Assembly: GCA_964016885.1 (NCBI GenBank)
Contig: OZ024741.1
Span: 280,364,001 to 280,428,000, forward strand
DNA from: Eledone cirrhosa
Lineage: Eukaryota
Direction of reading: 5' to 3'
Length of the DNA: 64,000 nucleotides
The position numbers and the translations under genes are program-made. Positions 53,076-64,000 of this stretch are shown one piece after another. The stretch's first letter is position 1. Each line of letters starts with the position of its first letter. The notes under the pieces are model-generated. The model did not search any database. It was not told where the DNA came from and saw only the letters and a program-made list of their open reading frames with translations.

Positions 53076-53227
53076 CTTGCCAGAGCAGATTGTAGAACAC
53101 ATACTGAATAAATGCCCAGATCTCTGTCCACCTGAGAATATGGACTTCACACGCCCTAATCCCACTACTTTGAGCTGGTTGCAGTACCTGAAGGATGTCA
53201 CATGATCATTGTCTCATACAAAAGAAG
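53076..53227 (+). mobile_element. Vingi/Ingi-like LINE extreme 3' end with 7-bp TSD
   Basis: Encodes LPEQIVEHILNKCP...LSWLQYLKDVT*, then the tail catacaaaagaag. Flanked by atggtag (53069-53075 and 53228-53234). Confidence 0.6.
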
Positions 53228-54302
53228 ATGGTAGAAAGTTCTGGCTATTTACTTTCTGAGTTCAAATCCTGCCAAAGTCAATTTTTCTTTTCATCCTTCT
53301 GAGGTTTATAAAATTAAAATAAAGTACCAGTCAAGTACTGTGGTGAATGTAATTGAATTTCTCCTCCCCATAACATGTGTTTTTGTGTCTAAATCAGAAA
53401 CCATTATTTATGGCAGGAAGTAATCTAATACATAACCCACAGGTCAATAGTCCATCACCCTAAACATAATGAATGTGTATGGTTAACAAACATGTGTTCC
53501 TATTGTGGAGTGATTTGGGGGTAATTTAATATCTCCTAAACTGGTAATAAGTAATTTAATAGCTTCTGAAACAGTCACTAATTTGCTGCTTCATGACAAT
53601 GAATCACAGTCTATAATTTTTTTCTTGAAATAGTGTCCCAGATTTGTTTGTTCTATTAATACAATGAGCCTTTATATCAACTTCTAACTTAGGCAGAAGG
53701 TCAGAAAATTTGAAGGAAGTGTAAATTTGATGAAATCAACTGCAGTATTTAACTGGTACTTTATTTAATCAACTTTGGAATGATGAATGGCAAAGTTGAT
53801 CTCAACAGGATTTGAACTCAGAATGTTAAGAGCTAGAACAAATACCACAAAGACATTTTATCCAACACGTTACCAATTCTACCAGTCCACCAGCCTCATT
53901 GAACCTATATCTTACACAGTCAATTGGTTGCCCCCCCCCCCCCCCCCCCCATCATTAAAAAAAACATATGCTAAAAATCTTCATAAAGTGTCTGTTATGG
54001 GGGAGGTATAATATCAGACTCTGGGCATTAAGAAAACATAGGAAAAGAATGACAGTGGTATTGGCTAGAGCTTTCTCCCTTATGTTAGGTGATGCAGTTT
54101 CATGTGGTATAAGATGTTGAGAGTTTTACAGCTATTATTCAAATTTTTAAAAAAGATTTCTTGACCATGAATGTTGAAAACCACATTGTTTGAAACCATG
54201 CAAGACATGGACCCACTGTATATTGGTAGAGGTAAAATGGCCAAAGGAATAAAATATCAAGATCATGTGTTATTATTGTTTATCTAAATGTCAGTCAGTC
54301 AG

Positions 54303-54672
54303 CATCATCACCATCATCGCTATCATCATCCATCATCACCGTTATCATTGCCACTATCACCACCACTACCACCACCGCTACCAACATCATCATCACCACC
54401 ACCAACACCACCACCACCAACATCATCACCACCACCAACACCACCACCACCATCATCATCACCACCACCAACACCACCACCATCATCATTACCACCATCA
54501 TCACCACCATCATCACCACCACCATCATCACCACCACCATCATCACCACCACCATCATCACCACCACCACTATCATCACCACCACCATCATCACCACCAC
54601 CACTATCATTACCACTATCATCATCAATACCATCACTATCATTACCACCACCATCATTACCATCACCATTAC
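54303..54672. repeat. (CAT/CAC)n compound microsatellite
   Basis: Directly visible. Confidence 0.95.
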
Positions 54673-55116
54673 TGCACTATGTTGAAGCACTCTTCCAGGT
54701 GCTCGGGTGCACTGGTGGCCTGCTTCTTGCTTATAAACATTTTCACACTCTACTGAGTGCATTTTATCATGGCACCTGCACTTGGAAGGTTGTCATGACT
54801 TTGATACAACTGATGAGTCCTCTCAACCCCTTTGTTTGGTAGGTTTTCGACTGCTGGATGCCTTTCTTATAACAACCATTTTACAGTGTGTTCAAAGGAA
54901 TTCCATTTATGGCCATTTGGCCTTTTTTTCCCCAGCATAATATATCTAGGTTTGCAGTTTTCAATACATTATTCCTTTTTTAATTCAGCAGTGTGATTTG
55001 AGGGAGATTTGGCTCCTATTTCTTGCAGGTCAAGTGACCACATTGAGTCCTTTAAAATCAATTGTAAATAATCCTTCATTGACTCACTGTAGATAATTGA
55101 AATTCATGGTAGATAA

Positions 55117-56887
55117 CACCGTGTAACAACAAATTTTTTTTTCTCTGTTCCTGGCTTGTAATCACTTTTTTTGTGTTGCTTAGGTCCCAAATAAATAAAA
55201 AAAAGTGCTATTAAACAGTTAAAAGTTTGGGTTTGTAAAAATTCTAAGCTATTCACTAGAATTATTTGTATGCTGGATTTTACGTTATATGTAAGTTTAA
55301 TTTGCTTAAGTTAAATGATTTTTTATATATGTTTCAGGGTAAATTAAAATTATGAAATAAAGAGTAATACCTAAAGAAAATTATAAAAGTGCAATAAAGT
55401 ATAAAATTGTTAAAAAGTGGATTAAAGAGATTTATTGATACTGGGGTACCAGAAAAAGTTCCTCGCTTCCCAAACCAAAAAGAAGTCAATGACTTGGTCA
55501 GGGATATGGGTCTGACCAAGTCCAATGCAGAGCTATTCGTCTCCAGGATGAAGCAGTGAAACTTGGTCAAGGAGGAAGTGCAGGTGACAAGTCAGAGAAA
55601 TCGACACAAACCTTTCTCAGGCTTTTACACTCTTAGGGATGGCTTCTGCCATGACGTGCCTGGACTGTTTGACGTTATTGGGGTGCCCAAGGAGTAGCGG
55701 CTATTTATAGACAGCTCCACCACAAGTTTGAAGGCTGTCCTCCTCCACAATGGAAACAAGTTCCTGACACTGCCCCTAGCTCATTCAGTCTGCCTGAAGG
55801 AAGATTACTACAGTGTGGAAGTCCTCTTGGAAGCTCTGCAATACAACCAGTACAATTGGGAAATCATTGGAGACTACAAGATGGTGGCTTTCCTGCTTGG
55901 ACTCCAAGGATGCTTTATCAAATTCCAATGCTTCCTCTGCCTTTGGGACAGCAGAGCCACCTCTGACCACTACAAAAGAAAGAACTGGGAGCAGCGAACA
56001 GAATTTGTAGTTGGGACCCGGAACATCATGTGGGAGCCACTGGTTGATCCCAGGATTGTGCTCATGCCGCCACTGCACATTAAGTTGGGGTTGATGAAGC
56101 AGTTTGTGAAGGCTCTCAACCAAGAATCAGCCGCTTTTAAGTACCTTCATGATTTCTTCCCCAAGTTATCTGAGGCCAAAATCAAAGGTGGAATTTTTGT
56201 TGGACCTCAGATAAAGGTGTTTGAGTCTACCGAATTCTCCAATAAGCTCAATAGGATTAAGAGAACAGCATGGAACTGTTTTAAGGCAGTTGTTAAGGGC
56301 TTCCTGGGCAACTACAGAGCTGAAAACTACCAGCAACTGGTGCAGGATCTGATAAAGGCTTTTGGCGCCATGGGATGCAGGATGTCGCTTAAACTCCATA
56401 TCCTGGACGCTCACCTGGAAAAATTCAAGGACAATATGGGCACCTACTCAGAAGAACAAGGCGAACGATTCCACCAAGATGTGAAAGAGATAGCGCGGAG
56501 GTACCAGGGCCACTACAATGAAAAAATGATGCGGGACTATATCTGGGGGTAGTGCGGGAATGCGACCTGGACTACAACCGCAAATCCAGGAAATCCAGTC
56601 ATTTCTGACTTGTATAAGTTGCTTTATAAGTGTTATTTGTTTTTACTTGTTTGCTTTTGATAAGCTTGTGTAATAAAATAAATATATACTCTGTTGATTT
56701 AATTATATGAACTGATAAATTTTAAAAAAATGTTTTTTCTTGAAAAATATGAAAATTTCGAAATATCAAACTCCTGACCACAAACCCAAACTTCTGATTA
56801 AATAAAAGTGTTTTTTTTATAATAATGGGATATAACAAACCAGTAAATGACACTTAGAACCGGGGAACAAAAATATGTTACACGATG
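55117..56887 (+). mobile_element. Chapaev3-type (CMC) DNA transposon, internally deleted
   Basis: Termini CACCGTGTAACA/TGTTACACGATG, longer degenerate subterminal inverted similarity, 3-bp TAA TSD, and a transposase remnant inside. Confidence 0.8.
55452..56608 (+). pseudogene. Chapaev3-like transposase pseudogene (N-terminus missing, stops and frameshifts)
   Basis: PRFPNQKEVNDLVRDMGLTKSNAEL..KQ*, LFIDSSTTSLKAVLLHNGN, PPLHIKLGLMKQFVKAL, SEEQGERFHQD. Confidence 0.85.
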
Positions 56888-57639
56888 TAATTTGTTTCTC
56901 TAGCCAGGACATTTTATTGTACCTTCCCTAGCTGTGATAATATTTTGAGGAAAAGTTGCCTACACTGTATTAGCATCTTAACTAGAGAAAGAAATTTCTC
57001 TCTCTTTCTCTCTTTCATTTTTTTCTTTCTCTCTTCTCTCTCTCACTTGCTCTTTCTCTTTCTTTTTCTCACACTTACTCTCTTTCTTTCTTTCTTCCTC
57101 TCCCTTTCTCCACCCCTTTCTCTATCCCCCTCTTCATTCCTCTCCTACTTAATGTTATAAACACCAGATCTAATGGAATGGACCTTCATCAGTTTCCACG
57201 ATCAGTATTCTAGATGTTTAACCAATGGAACATCCTACCCATGGAATGGGCAGGATGTTCCATTGTCACTGGTTGAGTATTCCACAGACACATGTTGCCG
57301 TTATCGTAATTCTTAGGGAAATTCGGCATGACACAATGTCACAAGGCTGACCCTTTTGAATTACAGGTACAGTCCATCCAACAGGCATCCAAACATTTTC
57401 TGTCTACCCAATTTCACTCACAAGGCATGGGTTGACTCGAGGATCTAATGTTTGCGAAGTGAACTTAACCATTCAGCCATTGCTGTGTTCACATAGAATG
57501 GATGTTTTATTTCCCCGGTTTATGAGTTTGTATCTTTTTTTTTTTTTTTTTTAATAATTAGAATTTTTCATATGAAATATTATTTTCAAAAGTATTATCA
57601 ATCATCGCAATTAAATAGTAACAGTTACAAAGTAAGGAG

Positions 57640-57915
57640 TTAGTACTATAAGGTGCAGAAAAGGTTAAGTAATCATATTGATGTCCTCCCCACAGCCCCG
57701 GCGGACAGAATGGAGAAGGTGTTTCCTCGGAGGATGGTAAGGGAGACATACTGGAAGAGCCATTCCAACTCGCAAGGCTCACACCTGCGGATGGCCAGCT
57801 CAGCAGCTATGGTGGCAGGGAGGTAACCCTAGGGCCAAGGACACCAGAAGTCTCCACTGCCAAGGGTACGACCGCAGACCTGTCTGAGAGCGACTGGTAT
57901 TGTATCTTGTTTTCT
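57640..57915 (-). mobile_element. CRE-clade 3' end, third subfamily
   Basis: QYQSLSDRSAVVPLAVETSGVLGPR...ELEWLFQYVSLTILRGNTFSIL. Confidence 0.7.
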
Positions 57916-58459
57916 CAATTACAATGTTCTTTGAACAAGAAGCTTATTCCAGCTTCTGTAAAAGTTCCTGCTTCCTGCTTAAACAAAAAAAAAAAAACAC
58001 TGTCACTACCAGCATCACCTCCTTTTCTTCATACATCCACCTCCCAATTAATATATCTTTGTAACTTGTGTGTGTTAGTTTAGAAATCAAGTTAATCAGA
58101 ATAGAATCCATATTCTACAAGTGAAACACAAATCTATCAGTTGATAAAAAAAAATATAAAACTGAAAATCTCCTGGAGAATAATAAACAGGAGGAAGAGG
58201 AGGAGGAGGAGGAGAGTTCAGTTTTGAATATATATATTTCTTTTTGTTTTGTTCAACAAGAAATACCTTTTTTTTTTCATCTCATGTTTGGTTATAATTT
58301 TGGTTATTTCTTTGTCCCTGTATTTACTATTGATTCTCCTCACCTATTTCGTTTTTCTCACTTTTTTCCTCCTCTCATTTCCTTTTCTTTGTATTAAACC
58401 TCTACACCTCAAAACTACAAATCAAATAGGACATTTTTATACAAGTAAAATGGGATGAA

Positions 58460-59033
58460 ACTTTTATAGAAGTCAAATAGAGCTAGACTTTTATAGCAGT
58501 CAAGTAGAGCTAGACTTTTATAGAAGTCAAATAGAGCTAGACTTTTATAGAAGTCAAATAGAGCTAGACTTTTATAGAAGTCAAATAGAGCTAGACTTTT
58601 ATAGAAGTCAAATAGAGCTAGACTTTTATAGAAGTCAAATAGAGCTAGACTTTTATAGAAGTCAAATAGAGCTAGACTTTTATAGAAGTCAAATAGAGCT
58701 AGACTTTTATAGAAGTCAAATAGAGCTAGACTTTTATAGAAGTCAAATAGAGCTAGACTTTTATAGAAGTCAAATAGAGCTAGACTTTTATAGAAGTCAA
58801 ATAGAGCTAGACTTTTATAGAAGTCAAATAGAGCTAGACTTTTATAGAAGTCAAATAGAGCTAGACTTTTATAGAAGTCAAATAGAGCTAGACTTTTATA
58901 GAAGTCAAATAGAGCTAGACTTTTATAGAAGTCAAATAGAGCTAGACTTTTATAGAAGTCAAATAGAGCTAGACTTTTATAGAAGTCAAATAGAGCTAGA
59001 CTTTTATAGAAGTCAAATAGAGCTAGACTTTTA
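58460..59033. repeat. 27-bp minisatellite, 21 almost identical copies
   Basis: Unit acttttatagaagtcaaatagagctag. Only copy 2 differs (2 substitutions). Confidence 0.97.
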
Positions 59034-59679
59034 GTTTGCATATGAGAACATGTTGGATCAGTACTAGAAAACGATCAACCATTGACTGCAAAGAGCTGAA
59101 AGATAGAAGATAAAATCTTTGAAATTATTTAAATATTCAAAATCGATTAGTAATTAGCTATTAATATATTAATTAAATTATCATAAGAAATTTCTAATGT
59201 TTTTACAATTGTTTATCTACATGTCAACCTTGATCCAACAAGTTTATAATTACAGGTCCACTGAATATAAACAAAATCTTTGAGTACATGGAAGCTAGGA
59301 AAATATTCAACAAAAGAAACTTCCCTTCTTACCTATTTTCTTTTTCGTCTAACATAATCTGCCTCCCATTTCAATTTTTTTTTTTTCCTTTTTTCCCCTT
59401 AAAAAATTATTTTTTCTTATTACTTGTCAAAAGCTCATTTTCATTATCCATTGTAACGAGTACTCAATACTTTCCATAGTCTGTCATGGCTTACAACTCT
59501 ATATGGATGTTTAAATTGATTAAATAATTAAATATAGTTTGGCCTTGATCATCTCAACTTTTATCAGCTATTCTGTAGGTGTGACTATATGTTATGTCCT
59601 TCCTATTGTTAGACTGTGTTTGGAATAAACTTTTACTGCTATTTCTTATGAGTCAAATGATCAAATTTACTTCTCAAAG

Positions 59680-60144
59680 TGGGTAGACCAAGAAAAACCT
59701 GGGACGAGATGATAAAAACTGACCTTGCCCACCTACACCTCTCTAAGACAATGACACTGGATCGAGACCTTTGGCGCCATGCAGTTGTACAGAAGACCCG
59801 ACTACTATTGCATACAAAACTACAGTCAGTAGGCACCTCTTAACTCAATGTACACCCCACTTCCACAACCTACCACACCCTCCCTCTCCCGTTCCGTCCA
59901 CTATGTCGATGACACAACAGTCCACACCGTAAGGTGGCCGTGTAGGAGACACAGTGAAAAGGCTCCCAGTCCACACTGTAAATGTGGTTGGTGTTAGGAA
60001 GGGCATCCAGCTGTAAAAAACCTGCCAGAGACGCTTCCGTGCGAGCGAGACACGGTCTCCTGACCATTCCTGCATCAAATGGAACAAAACCGTCTAACCC
60101 ATGCTAGCGTGGAAGATGGACGTTAAACGATGATGATGATGATG
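59680..60144 (+). mobile_element. RTE LINE 3' end (second subfamily); tail-only copy at 60444-60497
   Basis: GRPRKTWDEMIKTDLAHLHLSKTMTLDRDLWR, then the 3'UTR and (ATG)n. Confidence 0.85.
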
Positions 60145-60249
60145 TTCAATAAGTATTGATACATATGGGAGCAATTAATATTCTAAAAAAAAACTCTATT
60201 CAATAGACCAGGAAATGTATTTTAGTTTAAAGATATTGTTCCTCCTGAT

Positions 60250-60366
60250 TAAACCATTAAAATAATATTTAGGTCTTGTAAATAGCCCTTTCCTTTTGAC
60301 TAAACCATTAAAATAATGTTAAGGTCTTGTAAATAGCCTTTTCTTCCTAATTAAACCATTAAAATA
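60250..60366. repeat. About 51-bp tandem repeat, 2.3 copies
   Basis: Unit taaaccattaaaataatrttwaggtcttgtaaatagcc. Confidence 0.8.
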
Positions 60367-63300
60367 TCTTTAAATGTCTATAAAGGAGGCATCTAATAAA
60401 ATAATGGACAAGAACATGTTTTAACCCTTTTGTTAACATACCCATCTAACCCATGCTAGCGTGGAAGATGGATGTTAAACGATGATGATGATGATGATCC
60501 CTAATGAAATACATTGTCTAAAGTTTTCAGTTAATTTTGAAAATAATCAAGAATTTGGAAGGATTTAATTATATAACTAACTTTCTCTTTATTTAGCTGG
60601 TGTTTGGAACATAACCTAACAACAAATTATGGTGGAAGGTTTTTAGATAAATATAAAAATGATATCATTATTGAAAATAATGAAACAGGATCAAAAGTGT
60701 TAGAGAAGAAAGGATAGAGTGATGGAAAGGAAATGAGAGAAAGGAGAGTGTTAGAGAAGGAGGGAGAAAATGATAGAGAGGAAGTGAGAGAAAGAAAGTG
60801 TAAGAGAAGGAGCGAGAGGATGATAGAGAGGAAATGAGAATGAGACATAGAGAAAGAATCAAACCCAGTACAGATCTGGTACTTTAGTTATCACCCTCAA
60901 AAGAATGAAAGGCAAATTTGAATCGGTTGGATTTGAACTCTGAGAGCTGAAGTGAGTACTGCAAAGCATTCTATCTCATATTCTAATGACTGACAATTTG
61001 CCATCTCTTTTAATGTGTTTATAAAAATCTAAAACCCTTCCATCATAATATTATGTAAGAACTTTTGTTAGCCTACACTACAAAGACCAGCTTAATAACA
61101 AGAAAGTTAGTTTTGTCAATAAATCCCTGGAAATTATTATCAAAATTAAAGCAGTATCTCTGAGCTGTGTCCTTCTCAGCTGCATCCTGCGGGACAAAAT
61201 GGTCCCAAATATGAGACTTTAACTGTATTATTTTGATATATTTTATTTTATTTTGCTTATATAGCTGACAAGCTTATACAGTCCCAGACCAAACATCTAG
61301 AGCAGTAAACTTCAATGATAAAAAATCTCAGCCTTGAATTGTGGGAGGTTGTTATTTGTTAGATCTGTGCAACTTCTGCTTTACTAAAGGGAAACCTGTC
61401 TCTTTTAATGGGAAACTGCAATCTGCAGGAGGAGTATGCAACCTTATCAGTGTTAGCTATTGAAAGGCCAAAATGACAGAGTTATTAAACTGTACTAGGG
61501 TTAAAACCCCTAATTTACAACAATAGCCAACAATAGTTTAATGCTGTGACTGTAGGATCTTTTTCTCATTTCAAGCTGGTTTTTACCAGTTTATATAAAG
61601 TTTTTTTACAGCATTCTCTTGTATTCTGTCTTTTAAGAAACCTGATAGGAACTAGATTTATTTTCTATTTAATCATCTCTGTTTGTTATTGTGTAGTATT
61701 TCTGTTTTCTTTCCTTCAGTGTTTGACCTTGTTTTATTTATGTTTCTGTTTTTGAACATTGTCTCTCACAGTTCTATTTTCTTTGTCTTTCCTATCAACA
61801 CAGTTTGACCCTTCTATCATATACAAATTGTTATCTCTAGGCAAAATAAATTGTCCATATTACATTTACAATGTAATATGGACACACATTCTTTAATTCT
61901 TTTAGTGGTTTTAGTCATTATTAGATTGTGGCCATGCTGGGGCACTGCCACCATGATTAGATGATCGTATTGACCCCAGTACTTATATTTTTTCAAATCT
62001 GGTATTTATTTTATCAATCTCTGTTTGTTGAACCTCTAGGTTACAGGACATGAACACAGACATGGATATGCACACACACACACATACACACATACATGTG
62101 TATGTATATCCATATATAAACCAACTTCTACAGTTTTCCTGTACCAAATGCAAGACTATAGTAGAAGACACTTGCCCAAGGTGCCATGTATGGAACTGAA
62201 TCTAAAAGTTTATTTTTTTCCAAAATATTTGTTCTAAATATTTTCTTTGCTCTTCAACATTGAGTAAAGAATATGTAAGCATGGTCCCATAACTCCTGAG
62301 GGAGTCATAAGGGTGATGTATTGACGTACAGCGTTTCTAGGGTGATTTTTAAAATCTGGCGGAAACCTTCTCCTTTCCAGGTCTGAATGTAGCATATTTC
62401 TTACAGAAAAGTATAAAGAATAAGAGAGAGGAAGTAAGAAAGAGATATGGAGGAAGAATTGACCCCAGCACAATGTCTTCTTTTACTATTGTGATCTTTC
62501 CTTAGTCCTTAATTAGGAACTAACTTCCTTCTATTTTTTGTGGGGGAAGGGAGTGAACAGCAGTAAAACAGGCAACATTCAACTTTATCAGTTTTAACCT
62601 TTTCATTGCCATACGTTTAAGAAAATACTTTTTATTTTGATTAATTAATGAAAAATTTGGGAAATATTTAATAAAATTATAATTTTATTAAGACAATATT
62701 TGTAACATAATATGTTCTAATATAGAATTATGTTGGAAAGTTTTAATTTAAGTAGGGACCCTTTAAAATGGGTTGTATTGTTTCATAACACAGAGTTGGT
62801 TTTGGATGGTTTAGTATCAAAAGAACTAATCTTTGTATAATAGAATTGTTAACTTTAAAAAATAGCATTTAGCTGTAAAATTTGATGCTTTGAAATTCCT
62901 GCAGTTTATAGACAAATCAAACTGATATTTATGAATATTTCCACCATTTATTTTTGAAGGGAAACATATTTCAACACTATTTGAATTATAAATACTCCAG
63001 TTTGGTCAGTAGTTTGATGTTTTTAAATCTTTTGATACCAAACTGACTGAAATCAGCACTGGATCTCTGATATGAAGCTGTATATTTTAAGATGTTTATA
63101 TTTGTCTGAAAATATTCCATCTTAATTTTATGCAAGAATCTCCGTTATGTTCCAAACACTAGTGTAATCATGAGACAGTTAGTTACATTATTAAATCTAT
63201 CTAAATTCTTGGATCATTAAAAAGAAATATGTGAAAAATACATGAGCAGTGTCTTTCACCAGAAATATGGTAACAAAAGGGTTAACAAATCCAAAATAGT

Positions 63301-64000
63301 AGCACGGGATCCATGTTTTTAGGTATCATCTGTTCAATTACACAGAGTACAATAACTGAGAGTTCTTTACTTGGTTGTGGAAAATGTTTTATTTCCCCAT
63401 GTAAAAAGTATATGATAAATGCACCCAGTGCACTTTGTTAAGTGATTGGTGACAGGAAGGGCATCCAACTGTAGATATCTTTCCAAACAAAGGCTCATGA
63501 GGATTCTTCAATTGTGTCATGGACATGACAACTTCCCTAGTGTTGATGCCACAATAAAATGCACTTACTAGAGTGCGGGATGGTTTGATGGACACCCCCT
63601 ATCCCCAACCCACCTGGATATTAGTGGCTATGCTTGAATATTAACTGGTCTGTGAGGAAATGTCCAACCTTTACTAGCAAGGAAAACAGATGATGACAAG
63701 GATGTCAATTGAAATCTCAGTTTCCTGTTCCTTGTTAATTCAGGAGTTATTTGTTGTATTGGTAACAGTTGTATAATGCATGTATGTCACCATCATCATT
63801 TAACGTCTATTTTTCCATGCTTGCATGGATTAGATGAAACAAATACTGCAAAGCATTTTATCTAATGTTCTAACGACTCTGCCAGTTTGCTGCCTACACC
63901 CACCTTGTATATGCACATATAAATTTCATATATTTCTATTTTGTTTTTCTCCATGGGTTGGCTGATTATGCAAATTCTGAATATTTTATTATAAATTTGT

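Larger units (their letters stand above)
52225..53726 (+). repeat. 202-bp direct duplication (52225-52426 and 53525-53726)
   Basis: Three mismatches; the offset is exactly 1300 bp. Confidence 0.92.

Noticed and set aside
54265-54842. His-rich and Pro/Ser-rich ORFs
   Set aside because: Products of a (CAT/CAC)n microsatellite, with no domain or splice support.
58415-59041. 208-aa ORF of KSLALFDFY repeats; CRISPR-like appearance
   Set aside because: A 27-bp unit simply keeps one frame open. Units are contiguous with no spacers, there are no cas genes, and the context is eukaryotic.

Overview
This is AT-rich, repeat-dense eukaryotic genomic DNA. The intron structure and the SINE/LINE repertoire suggest an invertebrate, probably an octopus-like cephalopod (inference). 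The only host gene I can support is the 3' part of a KDM3/JMJD1-family JmjC histone demethylase: 10 coding exons at 2088-6412 (+), GT-AG introns, one continuous frame. A repeat-poor putative 3'UTR follows, and there is a candidate promoter and first exon near 23.0-23.4 kb. The rest is mostly mobile DNA: RTE-clade LINEs carrying a PHD finger inside the RT region, tRNA-derived SINEs, CRE-, CR1- and Vingi-like LINE ends, a Chapaev3 DNA transposon, MITEs, and mini- and microsatellites. The most striking signal is a set of fold-back palindromes in (TA)n tracts that carry hammerhead ribozyme motifs, resembling Penelope-like element ends. One is a near-perfect 530-bp palindrome (26164-26693) with two identical, apparently intact hammerheads, one per strand. 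Family assignments come from motif recognition by eye; no database search was run.
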